Shown here in pieces: positions 1 to 26,164 of a DNA stretch of 64,000 nt. Origin of the DNA: the human T2T-CHM13v2.0 reference genome, Homo sapiens; assembly GCF_009914755.1 (NCBI RefSeq), contig NC_060943.1; one strand, given 5' to 3'. The position numbers and the translations under genes were made by a program. How positions within the stretch are numbered: position 1 is the first letter of the stretch; each line of letters begins with the position of its first letter. The notes under the pieces are model-generated. The model saw nothing but the letters and a program-made list of their open reading frames with translations, was not told the origin of the DNA and did not search any database.

Positions 1-2
1 AA

Positions 3-434
<432 letters not shown>

Positions 435-616
435 TGATCTTAAACTCCTGACCTCAGGTGATCCACCCACCTTGTCCTCCCAAAGTGCTGGGATTACAGG
501 CATGAGCCACCGCGCCCAGCCTCAGGAGAATCTTTCTAACGTGCTGATGGTCTCTCCCCTGCTCATGCATGCTCCATAGCTCCCTGCCACCCTTGGGAGA
601 AAGCCCAAGCTCATCA

Positions 617-1341
<725 letters not shown>

Positions 1342-1491
1342 TCACACAGATGGCCTGATGCTGCCACACACAGAGCAGAACCAGGAACCCAGGCGGACGG
1401 TACACCCAGATGAAGGCATTCTGTTCCCATTTCCCAGACCACGGAACCAAAGTTGTCAAACCCACTGAGGACCCATCCTGCCCCCCTCTAC

Positions 1492-1542
1492 CTGATACGC
1501 TTCCAGCTGCTCGTGTGTGAAGACTGTCTGCTTGTTGCCCAT
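1492..1542 (-). CDS. CIB3: Calcium and integrin-binding family member 3, coding exon 1 (MGNKQTVFTHEQLEAYQ)
   Basis: Minus-strand ATG at 1542-1540, 17 codons, then donor CAG|GTAGAG; peptide recognised as the CIB2/CIB3-type N-terminus. Confidence 0.93.
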
Positions 1543-1859
1543 GGTGTGAACCACAGCCCAGACTTGGGGATGCACCCCAAAGGCTCCCAGCTTCCTCGGG
1601 GCCACACGGGTTGCCAGGCTGTTGTGTACCAGTGTCTGGGCAAATCTCCCTGCCCTGGCTGTCACCCACCCACCTACGCCATCACCCCCTGCTTGATGAG
1701 ACTCAAATTACAGCCAGGCTCTCTGGACAACAGCCTGAATGTGTCCATGGGTAAGGATAAGGGCTGTGGGATGTCACAGAGAAGACCTCAGTGGGGAGGC
1801 CACATCTGCCACCACAAGGTGAGGCTGGGGTTATGGGGCACACTCAAGAGACAGGCAGG

Positions 1860-2404
<545 letters not shown>

Positions 2405-2431
2405 TCACTTGAGGCCAGGAGTTCAAGATCA

Positions 2432-2584
<153 letters not shown>

Positions 2585-2675
2585 TCACTGCATTGGGAAC
2601 ATAATGGTGAACAAGCTAGATGAAGTTCTGGGGTGTGCATTGACATTATTATTTTATTACATTTTATTTTTTTGA

Positions 2676-3138
<463 letters not shown>

Positions 3139-3513
3139 TAATGTAGCAGCTACCAACTTTATTAAGGCCCAGAATCCTCTTGGGTGGAGAATCTGAGAGT
3201 CTAAATTTCTTAGCCTGGCCCTCCATGCCCTTCTCACTTTGGGTCTCACCTGTGTTTTCTCTACCTGGCCTGGACTATTGCAATGTTTCCCAGCAGGCTT
3301 TCCTGCCTCGGCCTCATCAAGCATCCTCTGCCAAATCTGTGCAGTCATCTTGTAAAATGTGACCCTGATCAGGCTTGAAAGATGCCTCAAGGATGACTTT
3401 TTTTTTTTTTTGAGACAGGGTCTCACTCTGTCACCCAGGCTGGAGAGCAGTGATACAATCATGGCTCACTGCAGCGACCCTCCTTCCTCAGCCTCCCAGG
3501 TAGCTGGCACTAG

Positions 3514-8300
<4,787 letters not shown>

Positions 8301-8427
8301 GAGGAATTTTTTTTTTTAAAGACAGGGTCTCACTCTGTCGCCTAGGCTCGAGTGCAGTGGTGCCATCATAGCTCACTGCAGCCCCAAACTCCCTGGCTGA
8401 AGCAATCCTCCTGCCTCAGCCTCTTGA

Positions 8428-8613
<186 letters not shown>

Positions 8614-9423
8614 TAAAACTGCATGTGAGCCTTCAATTATTTCAAATTAAAAGTTTAATTAAAAAAATTACTTCCCCTCCATTTAAACACATTTTGTTTC
8701 ACATTTTAATACCTCCAAAATCAAGATGCATCTCGAAAGTACTGTTGGAGCATTCTCATTGCCTATACATGCACACCCATTAAAAGCATCCGCTTCAAAA
8801 CTCACAGAATGGAGGCAGAGGCTAGGAAGAAAATCCCCTAGGATGTGAGGAATGGGGGTGTGGAATCCCATGCGCTTAGCTACATTCCTGAAGTGGGAGC
8901 TCACTCAGCAAGCCTGACATTATTGCAAAGCTGGCTAGAAAGTCAAGCCCCACCCTCACTTAATTCCTTTACAGATTCTTTCTTTTCCCTTTTTTTTTTT
9001 TTGGAGATGGAGTCTTGCAGTCTTGCTCTGTCACTCAGGCTAGAGTACAGTAGTGTGACCTCGGCTCACTGCAACTTCCGCCTCCCAAGTTCAGGTGATT
9101 CTCCTGCCTCAGCCTCCCGAGTAGCTGGGATTACAGGCGCCTGCCACCACGCCTGGCTAATTTTTGTATTTTCAGTAGACACAGAGTTTCGCCATGTTGG
9201 CCAAGCTGTTCTTGAACTCCTGACCTCAGGGGAACCACCCGCCTCAGCATCCCAAGGTGCTGGGATTACAGGCATGAGCCACCATGCCCAGCCTCTTTCT
9301 TTTCCTAATAAACTTTTAGTTTTGAAATAATTTTAAATTTACATTAAAATTGCAAGGATGGGCTGGGCGCAGTGGCTCACACCTGTAATCCCTGAACTTT
9401 GGGAGGCAAAGGCAGGCAGATCA

Positions 9424-9822
<399 letters not shown>

Positions 9823-9931
9823 CTAATTTAATTTAAGTGCAAGGATGATACAGACAGCTCCCATAACCCTTTTGACCTGCTTCCTCTAATGGTTTTTTTT
9901 TTTTGTTATTTATTTATTTATTTATTTTTGA

Positions 9932-10198
<267 letters not shown>

Positions 10199-10503
10199 TG
10201 AGCCACTGAGCCCGGCTCTAATGTTAACATCTTACACAACCACAGCATATTTAGCACTACTAAGAATTTAACATTGGCACGTTACTATTTCTTTTTCTTT
10301 TTTTGTAGTTTTTTTTTAATTTGTATTCAAGACTCAACATAATCATTTTCTTTTCCTTTTTTTTTTTTTTTTTTTTTTTGAGATAGGGTCTTGCTCTAGT
10401 GCCCAAGCTAGAGTGCATCAATCAAGATCCTAAATCACTGCACCCTCGAACACCTACACCCAGGCTCAAGTGATCCTCCTGCCTTAGCCTCCCGAGGAGC
10501 TGA

Positions 10504-10677
<174 letters not shown>

Positions 10678-11707
10678 TGAGCAGCTGGGATTACAGGCTC
10701 GCGCCACCACGCCCGGCTAATTTTTTTTATTTTTAGTAGAGACGGGGTTTCACCATGTTGGCCAAGATGGTCTCCATCTCCTGACCTCGTGAGCCGCCCG
10801 CCTCGGCCTCCCAAAGTGCTGGGATTACAGGTGTGAGCCACCGCGCCCGGCAAAAAGATCGCCTTGCTTTTGACACAAAAGTGCTGGCAGCCCCCATCCC
10901 CTGGTACCAGAAGCCCCTCTGCACAGTCTTTTCCAGGTGTGGACGGATAATTAGGCAGTGACTTGCTGCCCCCTGCAGGTAAGACTGAGAAAGGCAGCCC
11001 CTGTGCCCTCCTTTTTCTTGTGTCCGGTAGATTTGGGGACGTTTGCTTCTCTCTTCTCCACCTCCTTTGCCTTCTCCCCACTACCCCACCCCCCGCCAGC
11101 AATTAAAAAAAAAAAGCCACCCTGGCACAATTTGGACAAAATCTATGAGAAATAAAACGTGCAAACGTGCATAACCTTGGACCTAGTAATTCCATTGGTT
11201 GCAAAAGTCAGCCAAGATTTGTGGGCACGGATTGTGTTCATTCATTTATCTAGGGCAGTATTAGGGCTGTTTCTAATTTGTTGGCTATTACAAATAAATC
11301 TGCAGTGAACATTCATTTACACAATTTTATATGGGTCTATACTTTCATTTCACTTGGGTTAAAACGTAGGAATCTAATTCTTTTGTCATAGTATAAGTGA
11401 ATGCTTAATCTTTTAAAGAACTGTCAGACTGATTTCTAAACTGTTTATGCCATTTTACATTCACAACAGCAGCACGTTTGAGTTCCAGTTTCAACACATC
11501 TTCACAGATACTTGGTAGGCACAGCCTTTTTAAATTTTTCCCATAATAGTTTTTTTTTTTACTAGGTTTTTGATACAGAGGGAAATAGAGAAGAAACCAA
11601 AAATTCCGATAGTCCTCTGCTGACATTAAAAAGATATATTCAAGGGCCGGGCACGGTGGCTCACGCCTGTAATCCCAGCACTTTGGGAGGCTGAGGCAGG
11701 CGGATCA

Positions 11708-12042
<335 letters not shown>

Positions 12043-12081
12043 CTAATGCTTCAGGAGGACTGCTTGAGGACAGGAGTTTGA

Positions 12082-12632
<551 letters not shown>

Positions 12633-12634
12633 TA

Positions 12635-12784
<150 letters not shown>

Positions 12785-12858
12785 TTACCTAAAGCTGAAA
12801 AATTAATGAATACTGATTAGGTTTACAAAATTAGGTTCAGCTATCCAGTGAACGCTCA

Positions 12859-13023
<165 letters not shown>

Positions 13024-13510
13024 TTAGCCGCGCTCAGTGGCGCCCGTCTGCAGTCTGCTACTGGGGAGGCTGAGGCGGGAGGATCTCTTGAGCCCAAGGG
13101 TTCAAGGCTGCAGTGAGCCACGATCGCGCCACTCCACTCCAGCCTAGGTGACAGACCAAGATCGTGTCTCTAAAAAAGAAAAAAAAATCAAGGAGAGAGA
13201 ACAGGTCACCCAAAAGTGCGCAAAACGCTCAAAAAGGGGTTGGGTTTCCAGCACCCTGTGTGAAGAATGGGAGACCGGAAGTGGGCGCCAAATTCGGAAG
13301 TGTGGCAGCAGATAGGAATCGAAGGGCACTCATTCGCTTGGCTCTCTGTCCCGCCCACTACCCGGAAGTGTGGCCCGGGTCCAGAACCAAGAGCGCATGC
13401 TCACCTTGTAGCTCAGCCAATCAAAGAGAAGCGAGGCGGCCATTCGGGCGGAAATAGTGTTTGCAAACAGGAAGTGTGGCACTCCAGCTACCGAAGCACT
13501 GGAGAGTGTC

Positions 13511-13584
13511 ATGGAGGCCTACGAGCAGGTCCAAAAGGGACCCCTGAAGCTGAAAGGCGTCGCAGAGCTGGGAGTGACCAAGCG
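13511..13584 (+). CDS. FAM32A: FAM32A exon 1 (MEAYEQVQKGPLKLKGVAELGVTKR)
   Basis: gtcATGG start, donor CG|GTGAGG; protein recognised. Confidence 0.96.
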
Positions 13585-13691
13585 GTGAGGCCCGAGGGCC
13601 CGCGGGATTCCGTCTTCATCCCCCTTAGACCTTTTCTCGGGACCCCTGGCCCTGATCCTCCGACCCGCCGCCTCCTCATGTCTTTTTCCAG

Positions 13692-13833
13692 GAAGAAGAA
13701 AAAGAAGGACAAAGACAAAGCGAAACTCCTGGAAGCAATGGGAACGAGCAAAAAGAACGAGGAGGAGAAGCGGCGCGGCCTGGACAAGCGGACCCCGGCC
13801 CAGGCGGCCTTCGAGAAAATGCAGGAGAAGCGG
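13692..13833 (+). CDS. FAM32A: FAM32A exon 2 (Lys-rich NLS-like stretch to MQEKR)
   Basis: tttttccag| acceptor, CGG|GTGAGC donor, 142 nt restoring phase 0. Confidence 0.96.
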
Positions 13834-14409
13834 GTGAGCAGAAGCAGAAGGCGGCGGGGAGGCGGGAACACCCGGCGCCGGGAGACTGGAAATTGGGGTC
13901 AGGGCTGGGACGCTCCGAGGGCAGGGGAGCGGTCAGAGGAGACCTTAATTACGGGGAGAGGATGCTGTACGTGAGTGAGAGAAGAGTCGCCCTCTGCCGG
14001 GGGAGCTCCAAGGATGAGAAGACCCCGCTGGCCCGAGTGGGCAGCAGAGGGGAGAGCTAGAACTGGCGTTGAAAGGAGGCCAGAGCTGGAGACCCGGGTT
14101 TGGATTCCAGTGCTGTGGCTTATTTGCCCTGCGACACTAGGCCAGTGACTTTCTTATTTCCGTGCCTCAAGTTTCCTCTTCTGTACGAGTCAGGGTAGTA
14201 ACTTATTCTAAGAGGGTTGGGAACTTGAGAGGAAGTCATGAAAGTAAAAAGCAGTGCATACATGTTCAGTGGATGCCAGCTCTTGATATTAAATGGCCAT
14301 GCTCGCCGCTCGAAGTCACCACAAAGTTTGTTTCCAAGACAACTTTGTTTGGCAGATTCAAACATGCTGTATTTTTTAAAAAATTAGTTATTTTTGGCGG
14401 GGTCAGAGC

Positions 14410-18039
<3,630 letters not shown>

Positions 18040-18590
18040 CACACTCCCAGCTGCTACCAGATACTGACCTTTCCAGGTGTCATTGAGTGTTTGAAGTGAG
18101 GATCAGAGCAGGTCATGGTGCAGGAGGCATATTTCAGAATAACCCTGGGGATGGTGATCCTGGTCTTGTAGCCCTAACATCAGGATGGGAAGTGTCACTT
18201 GAGCACCTGCTCTATGTCAGACCCTTTACCTCTCTCTTTCTCATCATTCCTGAAACCCGCTCTGGGACTTTGTTTTCCTCCAAACTGGGAGTGCTAACAG
18301 CCTCCTCAGGATGCAGGAAGCATGCCGACAGCTCCCAGCAGAGTCTGCTCATGGGTACGCGCTCAGGCATTGCTGGTTCATTTCCTGCCACTCACGAAGC
18401 TGGCAAGTGACCTGGGTTCCCTGTTGGACCAGCCTGGGTGGAGTTGAGGGAGGGGGACAAGGCACAGAGCCTGAAACCTCCAGCTGTTCTAAATGTGAGA
18501 GCCAGTCTGGCCAGGCTCCATCTTCCACCCCATGCCAGCCTGGGCTGTGTTGAGCCTGTAAACTCACCTCCATGTCTCTTCTCTCTCCAG

Positions 18591-18644
18591 CAAATGGAAA
18601 GGATCCTAAAGAAGGCATCCAAAACCCACAAGCAGAGAGTGGAG
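18591..18644 (+). CDS. FAM32A: FAM32A exon 3 (QMERILKKASKTHKQRVE)
   Basis: ctctctccag| acceptor, GAG|GTGAGT donor, 54 nt. Confidence 0.96.
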
Positions 18645-18957
18645 GTGAGTCGCCGTGTCCAGTGGGGGAGACTGAGCCATTCAGGGTCCCAGCTGGGCCC
18701 AGAGGCTATCAGCTGGCAGAGGGAGCTGTTGGCATGTTGACGAGAAGGGAAGTTTACCTAATAGAAGTGACACTTCCCCAGGGTTATTCAAAGGGGAGCC
18801 CAGGGTTCAGGAGTCTGTAAGACCTGGCAGGGTGAGTTTGAGAGGAGGGGGCTCAGGAGAGATAGGATGTGGGAGAGGTGGGGCTGGGCAGTGCCACTTC
18901 TCCCCAGTACCCCACTTGGGTCTGCGCTGACACCGGCCTTCTACTCCACCTCCCCAG

Positions 18958-19026
18958 GACTTCAACAGACACCTGGACACACTCACGGAGCATTACGACA
19001 TTCCCAAAGTCAGCTGGACGAAGTAG
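18958..19026 (+). CDS. FAM32A: FAM32A exon 4 coding part (DFNRHLDTLTEHYDIPKVSWTK*); 112 aa total, spliceosomal exon-ligation factor
   Basis: tccccag| acceptor, TAG at 19024-19026; exon lengths 74+142+54+69=339 nt. Confidence 0.96.
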   Translation, partial: DFNRHLDTLTEHYDIPKVSWTK

Positions 19027-19187
19027 CCGCCTGCCCCCAGTATGGAGCAGCATCGAGGGTTCGCAAAAGGCCACACTGGGGTTGTGTGTGTTTCCTTTGG
19101 TATATTCTGGAAACATGGCTACACACACCCTTGCATCTTCTGCTACAGACTGCTTTTCGAAGCTGTGTACCCTCATTCTGGAACTTG

Positions 19188-19193
19188 ATTAAA
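19188..19193 (+). terminator. FAM32A: Candidate proximal poly(A) signal ATTAAA of FAM32A
   Basis: ATTAAA about 160 nt after the stop codon with T/GT-rich sequence downstream. Confidence 0.5.
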
Positions 19194-20025
19194 GTAAGAT
19201 CGTCCTTGTACTCAGTTTAGGCTTCTTGGCAACATACAGAAGATACACCCTTTTCGTTTGGATGGAAAGTTTCTAAGTTTATCCAGAGGTAAAGCCCATT
19301 GTGTGTCTGTGTCATGTAAAAATGTTTTCACCCGAGTTGCATGTAACGCTCTGAGGCCAGCCAGCTGTCTTCTCCTGGATGAGACAGACTCCAGAGGGTA
19401 AGGAGCTAGCGCCATGGTGGCCTGCAGTATGCAGAGCCCCGCAGGACCCAGCGTGGGCGCCCTTCCAAGCTTCCTCTAGCTTTGGGCCTATGCTGTCCCC
19501 TGCAGGCCCTAGGGAAGCCACTTGCAACTATGCGGCCTTCAGACTTCCTCCTCAGCCACCTGGCCACTGAGACAGCATAGCCTGGGTAACGGAACAGCCA
19601 CCTAAGGCAAGAATGGAACGGACACACCTTGCTCCTTTCTGAGCCCGTTTCCCAAAACCCCCCTTCCAGGTGCTTCTAATGGGTGTTGCCATAGCAGACG
19701 CTGCTAATGCATCACAGCATTCTTTGAAATGGAACCAGACACAGCCTGCCTCTCAATCCTCAGCTGGGGGCTCCTAGCAGCCTCTTGTATTTACTCAGAG
19801 TTGACACATCACACAGATCCTGTTTGGCATTCCTACCTTACGGACGTCTCAGGGGTGACAGGACCAGGGCAGAGCCCCGGTACAAACAGACAAGGCTGCA
19901 GTCAAATGGGAGGGTCCAGGTGTCCGTGTTGGAGGGCTGGGATCTTGTAGGGCCTGTGCGTCCTGGCTGAGGATCAAACCACATATGTTATTGGGAGAAA
20001 CGATTTCTGTTGACGTAGATATTGA

Positions 20026-20340
<315 letters not shown>

Positions 20341-20745
20341 TGATCTCGAACTCCTGACCTCAAGTGATCTGCCGCCTCAGCCTCCCAAAGTGCTGAGTGT
20401 CCTCTTATAGGCTGTTTGTCACCAAAATGTCTTTTGGATTTGTGGCACAGAAAAATATTCATACTGGAAAACGGCAACTCAGGTGGAAAAATTTCGATGG
20501 CACATCTGTTCCCGCCTATGGTTCACACCTAAGAGAGATGACACACACTCTCATTAGCAGTGGCTTTTGCCAGTGATTCTCCCATGGCCTGGTGGAAAGA
20601 CAGTTTCAGACCTTTTCCTTCCACAAGCTAGCAGCAGGAGTCTGCATTATGTACTACTGTGGAAACCCTTTATTAGTATAGTGGAAAGGTAGTTATTTCA
20701 GCTCTTTCCCTGCATAACAAACGGCTCCAAAAGGCAGTGGCTTAA

Positions 20746-21401
<656 letters not shown>

Positions 21402-21890
21402 TAGCTGGAATTGCAGGCACCCACCACCACGCCCGGCTAATTTTTGTATGTTAGTAAAGACAGGGTTTTACCATGTTGGCCAGGCTGCTCTCGAACTCCT
21501 GACCTCAAGTGAGTCGCCTGCCTCAGCCTCCCAAAGTGCTGGGATTACAGACATCAGCCACCACGCCCGGCCTACATAGCCTATTTCAGCGGCCAAAACA
21601 AGCCACCTAGCCAAACCCGGAGTCTGGCAGGGAACTCCACAAGGGCATGAACACTAGGAGGTGTGGTTTACTGGGATCCAATACCCTTACAGTCCACCAC
21701 CGCTGTCCTCAAATTTACATTAGAATCACCTGGGGAGCATTAAAAACCGCCAAGTTCTGGTGCCAGGCACAGTGCGACGTATGCAAATGTAATCCCAGCT
21801 GCTCAGGAGGCTGAGGCTGGAGGGTTGCCTGAGCCCAGGAGTTCAAAGCGAGCCTGGAGAACAGAGATTCTTATTGTGTGTAGGGAGTGT

Positions 21891-21965
21891 TGTGGCAGGC
21901 CAGGTCTCACTAATGCAGGCCTCCGGCCTTCATAATGACTGTTTAAGTACTGACTAAGTGGTTAA
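21891..21965 (+). mobile_element. 5' end of an ERV1-class LTR (MER39-like)
   Basis: Starts TGTGGCAGGCCAGGTCTCACTAA and stops abruptly at GGTTAA against an Alu poly(T). Confidence 0.7.
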
Positions 21966-22145
21966 TTTTTTTTTTTTTTTTGGAGATGGCATTTCGCTCA
22001 TTGCCCAGGCTGGAGTGCATTGGTGCGATCTCGGCTCACTGCAACTCTGCCTCCCGGGTTCAAGCAATTCTCCTGCCTCTCAGCCTCTGGAGTAGCTGGG
22101 ATTCCAGGCATGCACCACCGTGCCCGGCTAATTTTTGTATTTCTA

Positions 22146-22238
<93 letters not shown>

Positions 22239-23381
22239 TTACAGGCGTGAACCACCATGCCCAGCCAAGAGAGGCTTTTGATACTAATTGCCCAGTGATT
22301 AAGCTCTAGAAGGAATCCGATGAGATGTCAGGACTATTATTATTACCATTATTATTATTTTGAGATGGGGTCTCATTCTCTTGCCCAGGCTGGAGTGCAG
22401 TGGTGTGATCACGGCTCACTGCAGCTTTGACCTCCCAGGCTGAAGTGATCCTCCCACCTCGACCTCCTGAGTAGCTGGGATCACAAGTGTACATCACCAT
22501 ACCCAGCTGATTTATTTATCTCTTTGTAGAGATAGGGTCTCCCTATGTTGCCCAGGTCTCAAACTACTGGCCTCAACCTCAAGTGATCCTCCTGCCTCGG
22601 CCTCCCAAAGTGTTGGGATTGTGGGTGTCAGCCACCAAGCCCGGCCACAGCTGTGACTTCCCACTGCTCAGGAAGAACATCAGGGTCTGTTCACCAAGAG
22701 TTAACAGAAATAGACGCGATATGTAACAAACCCTGTTGGACCTAGTCTCATATTTTGCCCCATTTATTGTAATGTTTTAGAGATCTTACTCTGTTGCCCA
22801 GGCTGGAGTACAGTGATGCCACTATAGCTCACTGCAGCCTTGTCAACCTCCCAGGTTCAAGTGATTCTTCTGTTTCAGCCTCCCAAGTAGCTGGGACTAC
22901 AAGTGTGTGCCACCACACTCAGCTAATTTTTGTATTTTTTGTAGAGATGGGGTTTCATCATGTTCCCCAGGCTAGTCTGAAACTCCTGGGCTCAAGTGAT
23001 CCTCCTGTCTCTGTCTCCCAAAGTGCTGGGATTACAGGCATGAGCCATAGAACCAAGCAACTTTTTTTTTTTTTTTATTTGAGACTCAGTCTCAAAAAGA
23101 TAAAATAAAAAAAGAAAGAAAGATCATACCTATTATGATACACCAGGGTTTCTCAAATTTTGTTTCCTATTAGCATCATCTGGGGAGCTTGGAAAAAAAT
23201 CCCAATAACCAGGCTGGGCGCAGTGGCTCATGCCTTTAATCCCAGCACTTTGGGAGGCCAAGGCGAGCAGATCACTTGAGCCGAGGTGTTTGAGACCAGC
23301 CTGGGCAACATGGGGAAACCCCATCTGTACAAAAATCGCAAAATTAAGCCTGGCCAACATAGTGAAACCCCATCTTTACTA

Positions 23382-23775
<394 letters not shown>

Positions 23776-23805
23776 TCACAAGGTCAAGAGATCAAGACCA
23801 TCCTA

Positions 23806-24084
<279 letters not shown>

Positions 24085-24144
24085 TCAGTGGTTCTTATTG
24101 TGTGTGTTGTATTGGGGGGGCTTTTGAGACCCCCACTCCTAACC

Positions 24145-24743
24145 TATTCCCAGACCAAACTGAGGGTTGGGCTTCTATATCTCACAGCCCAATAATGAGA
24201 CACAGATGAACTAGGGAGGAAGAGAGTTTTTATTTCTGTAACTGGTTACAGGGAGAAGGCCTGGAAAATATCACCAGACCAACCCAAAATTACAAAGTCT
24301 TCCAGAGCTCATATACCTTCTAAGCTATATGTCTACGTGTAGGTGTGCATTCATCTAAAGACGTAAGTAAGTTATAGTCTTTTAACCCATAACTAAGATC
24401 TGAGTCCTGAAGACCTTCCTCTGGAGCCTCAGTAAATTTACTTAATCTAAGTGGGTCCAGGTGCTGGGGTGATTACCCTTATCTTATCTCCTGCTAAATC
24501 ATGGAGGTTTGGGGGAGTTCCTTCAAACCCCAATAAACTTGTTTGTGGAGGCCTGAGGAGTTTCTTCAGACCGCCAATAAAGCTTGTTTAATCCTAAAAG
24601 GGTCCTGTTAAGAATTCCTTCATTATCTTGTCATGCTTCAAGGCCCAGGAAAGGCCTAGGCACAACTCTGGGTGGGCTTTTGTTACATCCCAGCCTTTGT
24701 ATAAGGGCACTGGCTCTCTTATCTTTTAATATTTAACTTAACC
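24145..24743 (-). mobile_element. Remainder of the same MER39-like LTR on the opposite strand
   Basis: Minus strand begins GGTTAAGTTAAATATTAAAAG, continuing the fragment at 21891-21965, and ends tctgggaata. Confidence 0.7.
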
Positions 24744-26097
24744 CTTGTAATCCCAGCACTTTGGGAGGCCGAGGTGGGTGGATCACGTGAGGTCAGGAGT
24801 TTGAGACAAGCCTGGCCAACATGGTGAAACCACGTCTCTACTAAAAATACAAAAATTAGCTAGGTGTGGTGGCACATGCCTGTAATCCCAGCCACTTGAG
24901 AGGCTGACACACAAGAGAATCACTTGAACCCAGGAGGCAGAGGTTGCAGTGAGCCGAGATCATGCCATTGCACTCCAGCCTGGGTGACAGAGTGAGACTC
25001 CATCTCAAAAAAAAAAAAAAAAAAAAAAGCAAACAACAAAAACCCTCTCTTGGCTGCTTGCTCTGTGCCTTGAGCAAGAATCCTTCCAGCCCAGGAGTCA
25101 CTTAGCAGTCTTCAAACATTCTAGTTTGCTTCTCTAGAGTTTCGGTCACATTTCTTTCCTAAGCAAAACACTATATAATTACCGAGTTGCAAAAATCATC
25201 TTTCCAAACGCCAAAACGGAGATAAGACAGAAAATAAAAGATGTGAGAGGCAGGCATCCTGGGTAAATCACTCTGGTATTGCAGGGTTGGGATCCCCAGG
25301 GTACTATGATGGCTAACTGGAACAGAATGCAGGCATTTCTCCAAAGCCCAAGAGTTCATAAAAGCAAATTAAATATGACTCAATGGATTAATCAAGGGCC
25401 ACCAGTTGCATTACTGATTACTAACTTTGCAGAAATGAAACACGGTATGTTGGGTCAAGGTTCAGTGAGGCTGGTTTTCATAACATTCCAGGCAATAAAC
25501 AGGCACACTCATTCATTGATAAATGTTGACAATGACAGGTGGTGACTGTTGATAAGGTTTGATTGCCATTCAGAAAGTTTGTTTGACCTCTTTCCAAGTA
25601 ACCACGACCTTACCTCTCTCTTTTGAGCTTATCACAATTGGTGACTGTACACTTGTTTCATAGACTTCCCCACCAGACTGTGAGCTCCATAGGGCTGGGC
25701 CCCAGGTCGGTTTCACCACCAGGCTCTCTCGCCTAACTCGGCCCACGGGAGGCCGTTTCCAGCTGCTCTGGCTCCATAGCTCAGCCTGGCAGCGGCCACT
25801 GGGTGCCCTGATTTGGTCGGCCCCGCCCCACCGGGCCTTACTTCCGGGATGCTTCTGGCGGGAGCAAGAAACATGGTTACATACGACGTAATGCGCCTGC
25901 GCACAGTCCGTCCTGCGCCTGCGCATTCCTGACAGCACCTCCCGGACCGGACATAACGGTCCCCGCGCGGCTCCCCGAACCGGAAGTGGAGGTGAGCTGT
26001 CGCGGGCGGCGCCCGGCCTTGCTCAACGCCCAGCAGTCCCCACCGTCGCTGCCGCCGCCACCGCCCTCGGCCGCTGCCGAGGCCTCCTGCAGCCATC

Positions 26098-26139
26098 ATG
26101 TCCGCCAGCGCCGTCTACGTGCTGGACCTGAAGGGCAAG
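26098..26139 (+). CDS. AP1M1: AP-1 complex subunit mu-1, exon 1 (MSASAVYVLDLKGK)
   Basis: atcATG start, AAG|GTACTG donor; adaptin mu N-terminus. Confidence 0.97.
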
Positions 26140-26164
26140 GTACTGAGGGCTCCCCACCCTCCCT

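Larger units (their letters stand above)
13200..14050 (+). promoter_or_regulatory. FAM32A: FAM32A CpG-island promoter
   Basis: CpG-rich, no TATA box seen; GGAAGT ETS cores at about 13275, 13295, 13362 and 13468; GCGCATGC NRF1-like site near 13393; CCAAT near 13417. Confidence 0.85.

Noticed and set aside
13612-13628. Alternative in-frame acceptor (cccccttag) in FAM32A intron 1
   Set aside because: Would leave a 44-nt intron, below the usual human minimum.
13267-13974. 235-aa ORF spanning the FAM32A promoter to intron 2
   Set aside because: Starts about 240 nt upstream of the real ATG among promoter motifs, reads exon 1 out of frame and needs two retained introns; only the exon 2 part is real protein.
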